Shown: positions 8,550 through 15,778 of the stretch, piece after piece
Numbering within the stretch: the first letter of the stretch is position 1
How the letters are laid out: the number at the start of each line of letters is the position of its first letter
Assembly: GCF_000150275.1 (NCBI RefSeq)
Contig: NW_002061030.1
Coordinates: 4,171 to 19,948, forward strand
From: Trichoplax adhaerens
Lineage: Eukaryota > Animalia > Placozoa
Reading direction: 5' to 3'
DNA: 15,778 nucleotides
Notes under the pieces: model-generated
What the model was told of the DNA's origin: nothing
Seen by the model: the letters and a program-made list of their open reading frames with translations, nothing else
The model's database searches: none
Position numbers and translations under genes: made by a program

Positions 8550-10528
8550 CGCTATATTCTCTCTTATAATAATCAATACTTTACTGTCTCAGACTGAGAT
8601 ATGCCATCAGACGTTTCTCTCCCAACTTAATTTGACACGCATACGGGCTATCTCCTAAGTTACGTATGTTATTCCGTACAAGTCAAAAATCGAGCTCGAG
8701 ATAAACTGATTTGCAACACGGAACGATGGCACAACTACAAATTATCCCATATCTAATTTCGTGATAATTTCGTTATCAATCTTATTTCGATCCTCAAATT
8801 CGATATTGTTCTATCTCTAATAATGTGGATCATGGTTATGCTAAAGCAGCAATAAAGACAGACCGAGTAGATGAAAAAAGAGTGGATTATTCCTAGAATG
8901 GATAAATGATGGCAAATATACAACTAGTAACTTTCAATTAGATTGCTTAAAGGCTCATCGATCAGTCTCTAATAATAATGATATTGGAGTCAATCCCATA
9001 ACGAAATAGCTATAGTGTTGAGATGCTAAACAACATGCCATAATTTGATTTTGACAAAACATTACATTAATTGATAACTCAGAATTGTGTCGATAGGGGT
9101 GAATTATGTCAGAGGATGTCAGTCAACTAGCGAGATTTTCAAAACGGATTGCAATATTTTCATGACGTTTTCAGGTAAATAACGCTAGAATAATACCATT
9201 TGCGATTAAATATTAAGTAATTCAAAGTGAATAATGAAAGATTTACGATTGTCCTGAAAGCAAGATCATGCCTAAATATTCAATTAACAATAGCGGTATA
9301 CTGGTACTTAAACATGAGTAAGTATGCGTATTAATTGATTAACCGACACAGTACTCATTGCGTTTATAGTATATCGTTTTAAGTGCATACTAAAAGTGAC
9401 AATGTTACAACTATAGCCTTAAAAAGTAGAGGATTAGCTATGCGTACTGATCTAGTGTATTATAATCTAGTGATATTATGTTAACATTCTAGGGTACTAA
9501 CACATAGCTATTAATAATTACTATCATGTTCCTTCAACTAGTAATATCGATGTAAATATTGAGTATATATATATATATGGGAGATATTTCTTGGCTAGAA
9601 AGTTAGTTAGAGCTTAGAATTAGATTCGTGTGTTGTATTATTTTCTTGTTTTAGACTAGCTTGCGCGAGCCTACAATATCTAAACTCCAATAAAGCAGAC
9701 TTTTTCTTTACTCATTTAGTCTAACTTTATTGTGAGTTGCAGCAGTAGAACAGAATAAGATATAATTGACCTTATTAAACACATTGATACAATTGGGGTT
9801 TCATATGTTATCAGAGTTGTTTACTAGAGTGGTTTTTGATCTTAGTATATTATATATTTACCAAACAATAACTTGTTATAGTAAAACTTGAATACCTAGT
9901 TAAGTAATCTTTAGGTACTGATTTAAACAATAATTTTAATGCCATATTTATTAGTTAAGCTACTTCCGCAAACATAAATCCTTAAATGGTGTAACTTACC
10001 ATAGCAAATAAGATATTTAATGAAAATTTAAATAGATTTGAAATCTAAATATATCACTGCATGTAAAAATCGAGAGGTTGTACTTAATCCTTCTATAATA
10101 CAGGTCTTTCATACAGTGGTAGAAATATTTAGATTCCCGTGTATTTGTATAACGTATTGATACTACATGCACTGTAAAATACCCTAGTATTATTGCAAAT
10201 TTTACTTGTGAGATATTGTCAATTACCTTTAGCATTAGTACTAAGGTCTTACTGTTTATCAAAATGCCACTATTAACTAGAATTAATTATTGTAGTATCA
10301 CACCAGAGTCGATACTATCATGGACTTTATAAATTAGATGGTTTTGCAACATTGTATAAGGGCAGCAAACAAAAAAGTATAAGTTAATAAACCAACGGGT
10401 TTAAGGCTGCTGAACAATTAAGAACCAGTCATCCTAAATATCAGAAAATATCCCATTCAATATGAAGATACAGGAAGAGATGTCAGTCATTTCGATTTCA
10501 ATCTTATAGCTTATCATTCTTTAGTTAG
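8550..10528 (+). pseudogene. Decayed non-processed BBOX-like pseudogene: exon-1 relic ~8550-9174, exon-2 relic 9370-9493, exon-3 relic 10338-10528; exon 4 not found
   Basis: Collinear homology to A/B: LEWINDGKYTTSNFQLDCLKAHR from 8893; ISF*VHTKSDNVTTIALKSRGLAMRTDLVYY after tttatAG 9368-9369; MVLQHCIRAAN and NGFKAAEQLRTSHPKY after aattAG 10336-10337. Multiple stops and frameshifts; Zn Cys/His ligands and the HxD His are lost. The 5' boundary is approximate. Confidence 0.9.
9564..9578. repeat. (TA)7 microsatellite in the pseudogene intron-2 relic
   Basis: tatatatatatatat read directly. Confidence 0.8.
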
Positions 10529-11692
10529 ATATTAACATACATTTGATTACTAAATTGATAGTTTGTCTATACTATATAGTTAATGGGCTAAAGTACGTAA
10601 ATGAAGATAACTGATTGTTCAAGTTAATTAACTTTTAATGAATTGAATACGTAGCATAATCAATTCCGTCGATTCTCAAGTATCTATCATCATGAATTTT
10701 CATATGTAGAAAGAATAAAATTTTCTGTATACATTAACTCGTAATTAATTTTCCTTACAAGGGTGTAATGTTTGTCTTGCTTACTCCGCATTACTTGAGG
10801 TAAAACGAAATTCTAATTTCTTCGTCAGTGATTGTAGTGCATGAGTTCTTAACTTGACACATAACTACATCGATTAGCTGAAATTACTACAGTGATTTAG
10901 CTATTGATTATACTTCGCTGAATATCTCAGCTTTCGATAGTTACCTTTGCTCGTTTTTTTCAATAAGTAAACGAAAATTTATAAAAGGTGACGATTAGCG
11001 AATAATGTCTATTATTTACAGTAACACTACTCGAATGGCTACAGTATTACCGTGTTCTAGTAGGAAGATAATCTTTAAAAATAAGACCTATAGTAATTAC
11101 CATAATATTATGATGTGGTCAGACATTTTTACTCAACTTAATGTATTTGATATAGTGAATGGATTTATTATTCCTAAGGTTCACAACCCGCTAGTTCAAA
11201 AATTGAGTTATTAATACAGTGTAAATCCCTATTAGAACAAATACACCGTTTCATCATAGCAGCCATCATCTACAGATACTCTATTAAGTGCAGCAGACTT
11301 ACTCTACAGTAAATCACATAGCGCTTTGCTTTATGTTACTATTTCCTTTTTTAAAGCACATTACTACTGTTATTAACTGAAATTACTAGGATTAATATGA
11401 ATAGTGAGTACTGGCACCGTATAGAAAATCCGTAATCTAATATAACTACTAATATCAATAAAATATATATATAAGCAAACGTATTAGTTAACAAAAGTAA
11501 GAATACCGAGAACAGAGCCCGACTCAGTTGAGTACCCATGTAGGAATACAGCACATAATATATTGGCGGCAATGCTCGGCTAAGTGTGTATGATCAGCTA
11601 GTATGAGCGCATATCTGTACTATGCCAACTGCTTTAATCAAGATATACAATATATTATGTTTACAATTGTGATACTTAATTATATTGTTTAC

Positions 11693-11754
11693 GAATCACA
11701 TTGCATCTAATTATGTATTGTAGCTATAGTCTTTACAAACAATAATTTACTTTG
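11693..11754 (+). promoter_or_regulatory. Second copy of the 62-bp identical non-coding block
   Basis: Exact match to 4015-4076. Confidence 0.45.
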
Positions 11755-11956
11755 AGGGTAAGCGACATAATTCATGGCGATCCTACTTTTTCTTATATTA
11801 TTAAAAATACTAGCGTTAAGTGTACCTTATTATTCTATGTTTCAATCTAGGTTATCAGTTAGTCTCGTAAATATTCTAACTCTTTGTTTATTACAAGATT
11901 AATAGTAGTATCGAGTACTCGCACTTCGATATCAAAGATTAATGTAAGTAATTATC

Positions 11957-12600
11957 ATGGTCTCTTTCTCAGTAATTAACAGTCTGCTGTCTCGACGTGC
12001 GGTTAAATATTCCTCTTCGATCGTACTTCGACGCCCATATTGGTTATCGTCTAAATTGTATTATTCTATACAAGTCGAAAATCGAGTTCAAGATAAGCTA
12101 GTATCTGTAAAGTGGGATGATGGTAAAATTACAGATTATCCTCATGTTTATCTTCGCGATAATTGTCGATGTCCGTCTTGTTTCGATCCTCAAGCGCAAC
12201 AACGTATCATCTCGAATCCTATCTATCATAACTACGCTAATGCAACAGTAAAGACAGCTTGTATGAACGAGAATAAGGATAAATTACATCTAGAATGGAT
12301 AAACGACGGCGAGCATACGTCTAGTGTGTTTGAATTAGATTGGTTAAAAGCTCATCGATTTACTGGAGATGACAAAAAGGATGTACATCCAATTAAAAGA
12401 CAGTTATGGGGTAGCGAAATACAAAACGACATACCGCAATTCCATTTTGATCGGATTTTAAACGATAAATCAGAACTATATCGATGGCTACGATGTGTAA
12501 TGGAAAGGGGTATTGCGTTAATAGTCGGCTTACCTAAAAGAGTCGGTCAAGTAGAGAAAGTTGCAGCAAAAATAGGTCATCTTCGCGAAACGGTTTATGG
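11957..12600 (+). CDS. BBOX-like copy B, coding exon 1
   Basis: ATG 11957; donor GG|GTAAGA at 12601; 9 nt differences from copy A exon 1. Confidence 0.92.
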
Positions 12601-14416
12601 GTAAGAATGAATACAACTAGCGTTATCTATATAGTATCAAATTGACGAAAGAAGATTCTATTTACTGCTATACGCTGTTTTATTATAAAATTTATGTTTA
12701 CTGCGTTACAAATAGCATGCTATTTTTCATTTTAATGCTCAACACATTTTCGTAGTTCATAATATAGCTACCTACGTATGCGTAATATGTATGTATTTGA
12801 TAAATTACTAAACCGTATCATTCTAATCTTTAGATACACCTTTCATAACCAAAGTAAAGGTGACCAAGCAACAACTCTTGCCTATAGAAGCGGGGGGCTG
12901 GCATTGCATACTGATTATACCTATTACGACAACATTCCTGGGGTAATTATAAATTATAAAGAATTCTTACCTTTTGTCTGCCTTGATAATACGAATGTGA
13001 ATATCAGTTTCTGTACATTCTTTATCAATATTACGCTAGAATTATTCTTGAATCAATAAACATATCTGTAAGAGACAGATTTGAGCACGATTTATTAGAG
13101 TGAGTACAGTAGAAAATACACGAAAATTTGTACGTATTTGTGTTTAAATCAAGTAGTAGCGAAACTTGACCTAAGCGACGTCGCATTCCACGCCTATGTT
13201 ACAAAAAAAATTACTGATATTCGCATACAGTGCATTATTTAGTACCTTTACAGAATTGATCTGACATCGCGCTCTGTATATTTGATGGCGTCATAATGAC
13301 TGATATTTTATTTACGCTTTCAAGATAAAATCATGTAAAGATCATGTATTAACTAGTTAAGAATTGAACTACTACGTGACTATACTCCTAATTAAAAAAG
13401 GAATTAATATCAGCTTCTTACTTGTAAATTGACTTATGGCTTAGTTATTGATTAATTACTGACAGGTATATCGACTAACTTGTATCTCGCTAGCGTTAAC
13501 TAGCTATTTATTGATTTGTATGAATTAGATATTCATGCTCCATTGTATAATAGCAGCTAATGAAGGAGGCGAGAGTCAATTTACGGATGGATTTAAAGCT
13601 GTTGAGCAATTGAGGGCCAGCCATCCTAAATATTTTCAAACGTTGACAGAATTTCCTGTTCATCACAAAGATATTGGTACTGACTCTTATAATTTTAATC
13701 TTATGGCTAAACACCCAATTATCCGGTAATTGCATTGTCTAACAATGAATTACTATATAACTAGTTATTAAATTAACCTGATAAATAAGTTGCAAGTTTA
13801 AAATTACGATCTTTCTGTACTAGTGCCTAAATACGATATTAAAACTTAAGCTATTCGATATATCATAAAGTATATTTTACTCTTAATTCAGATTTATTAG
13901 CCAATAGTATTGCACAGCTTAGTTATTCTGCTTTGGCTCACTGAAATTATCTACAATATTTCATAAAAGTAACTTATTGGATATGACTATAATGGAAAAG
14001 TCTAAAAGTGATCTAATACGTATAAAGATTATATTGTATTAATATTCTTCTATGAATCTACATAAATATATAGATTAAATGAAAATGGAGATCTTAAACA
14101 AATTTGCTATGCTGATCATGCTCGAACTTCAAGAATAGATGTACCTCATTATAAATTGACAGACTTTTATAATGCTATGACGCAATTTTTAAGATATGCT
14201 TACAGTCCGGCTAATATTATACAATTTAAGCTGCAACCTGGAACTTTGATTTCTGTCGATAATTTTCGTGTTTTGCATAGTAGAATGGCTTTTGTCGTGT
14301 CTCCAGATAATTTTAGGCATATTGAAGGTGGACACGTTGATTGGGATGGAGCAACATCTTGTATGAGAGTACTAGAGAAAGAACTTAACATAGATTATAG
14401 AACTTCTAACATTTAG
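11957..14416 (+). CDS. BBOX1: Gamma-butyrobetaine dioxygenase-like Fe(II)/2OG dioxygenase, copy B; join(11957..12600,12834..12942,13529..13725,14074..14416), 430 aa
   Basis: Same exon sizes and phases as copy A, intact GT-AG sites, no internal stops; CRCPSC, HTD, DNFRVLHSR, RHIEGGHVDWD. The symbol denotes family membership only. Confidence 0.93.
12834..12942 (+). CDS. BBOX-like copy B, coding exon 2 (YTFHNQSKGDQATTLAYRSGGLALHTDYTYYDNIPG)
   Basis: Acceptor tctttAG 12832-12833; donor GTAATT 12943. Confidence 0.92.
13529..13725 (+). CDS. BBOX-like copy B, coding exon 3
   Basis: Acceptor aattAG 13527-13528; donor GTAATT 13726. Confidence 0.92.
14074..14416 (+). CDS. BBOX-like copy B, coding exon 4
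   Basis: Acceptor atatAG 14072-14073; LNENGDLKQICYADHAR...RTSNI then TAG. Confidence 0.92.
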
Positions 14417-15778
14417 TTTGTTAGTTATAATAGCTAGAATAGAGTGTTGTTCGGGTATTGATAGCTCTATATGGATTCTAACTTAATATTATAAGACTAT
14501 TCATGATTTCTAGCTATTTAAAACTTTTACATTCTAGGTTATCAAGTATATTTTATAGATCGGAAGTAGATTTTTAGTAAAATTTTTTTATTAAAATATC
14601 TGGTTTAACTTAACGCATACGTTATGTGCTTATTACTATAAGCACGGTTTAACTCAACCGTATCGGCTATTTGCTAACATTAATAGTTATATGATTGGTA
14701 TAATCTCTAAGTTATATATGTTTGCCAGCGCTACTAGATTTACTTTATTTTTCTATCGAGGTATGCAACACATTTTTATTATAATAGTAGATGATGTTTG
14801 AAACAGTTTTACTAATTAACAGCAATTTCGGTGTTATTAGGCAATGTATGTTTCTTCTATCGTCAGTTCACTATATCTATCAGGTTTGTTGAATGCTTCT
14901 ATACGATGTAGAAATACACGATTGACTTTGATGATATTTTTGTTATTAATAAAATTATATAAACTAGATAGATTTATTACATTATATTCCTACGCTTCGT
15001 TCGGAGTTAATTCGAATCTAAGATAAATCAAAGCAATTTCTATGCTTTGATTAAATGCTTTATTTATTATTTATATAATACATCGCATTTGTAAGAATTT
15101 ATACAATTATTCTGAAGCATTAATCGGAAAATTATAGAAAGAAAATTAATTTAAATAATTATTTAAGAATAACACGATAGACTATAATTTGGCCAATCTG
15201 TAAGAAGATTATAACATGATATCCTTATTTCGCGTATTATCATTAACTATCAGTAAATTCGAGCATATACCGAAAGTTGAAAGTTCTGTTATAGTAGCAT
15301 TATGATATTTATGCCATTACATATAATCTTAAATCTTAATTAGTGAATAGGCAACATAAATACTGCCTATGTTAATAATTGGATGCAGAGATTTCATAGG
15401 AAGGTTATTACAAGATTGTAGTAGTCAATGATGGAAATTATGTCGAGTTTCCGATATTTAAGTCTAACCACAATAGTAAGGGAGGGCAATATGACAGTAT
15501 TAAAACTTACAAGTAGTAATACTAATAAGATTAATAATTATAATTTGGCATTTTCAAAAGAAGCCATTTTTAATGTTATTCAACAGGTATTAAACAAACG
15601 AGGATATTTTGGTAATTTTTTTCTATTTATAAATCAATTTGCGTTAGCAGATGTTCTAATTACACAGAAAATGTAGGTATCGCTAGTATTCGGAATACAT
15701 CGGATCGTTTACATCTCATTATATCATATACACGTACGCATCATTATTAGTAGTTTAAAGTATATAAAAATCTACAAT

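Noticed and set aside
8247-11572. ORFs 8247-8504, 10017-10262, 11005-11214 and 11351-11572
   Set aside because: No motifs; they fall in intergenic, pseudogene-intron or duplicated upstream DNA.
12778-13059. 93-aa ORF as a stand-alone gene
   Set aside because: It is exon 2 of copy B read through flanking intron; the homologous intron in A has an early stop.
13508-13735. Minus-strand 75-aa ORF
   Set aside because: Antisense to exon 3 of copy B; no recognisable motif.
14405-14416. C-terminal SNI (B) vs PNI (A) as a peroxisomal PTS1 gain
   Set aside because: Does not fit the [SAC][KRH][LM] consensus; too weak.
14844-15676. ORFs 14844-15026 and 15428-15676
   Set aside because: Low-complexity AT-driven translations; no homology recognised, and no further BBOX relic seen in this flank.

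Overview
AT-rich eukaryotic genomic DNA with GT-AG introns and abundant CpG. The composition and intron style would fit a non-bilaterian animal such as a placozoan, but that is inference only. The window is a tandem, all-plus-strand cluster of gamma-butyrobetaine dioxygenase (BBOX)-like Fe(II)/2-oxoglutarate dioxygenase genes. There are two intact 4-coding-exon genes of 430 aa each (A: 4289-6989; B: 11957-14416; start codons 7668 bp apart, about 90% aa identity). A decayed 3-exon pseudogene lies between them (~8550-10528) and a further exon-3/intron-3 relic lies upstream (2876-3223). The ORF track misses both relics. The intact enzymes keep the Zn, Fe and 2OG ligands but replace most residues that bind gamma-butyrobetaine in human BBOX1, and they carry a mitochondrial-type N-terminal extension, so they may act on a different substrate. 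A and B are a mosaic: exons 1 and 4 are almost identical while exons 2-3 differ by 16-17%. A 315-bp solo-LTR-like element sits in the upstream region of copy A only. I could not assign anything in 1-2870 or 14500-15778. Human BBOX1/TMLHE comparisons and residue numbers are from memory, and all difference counts are by eye.
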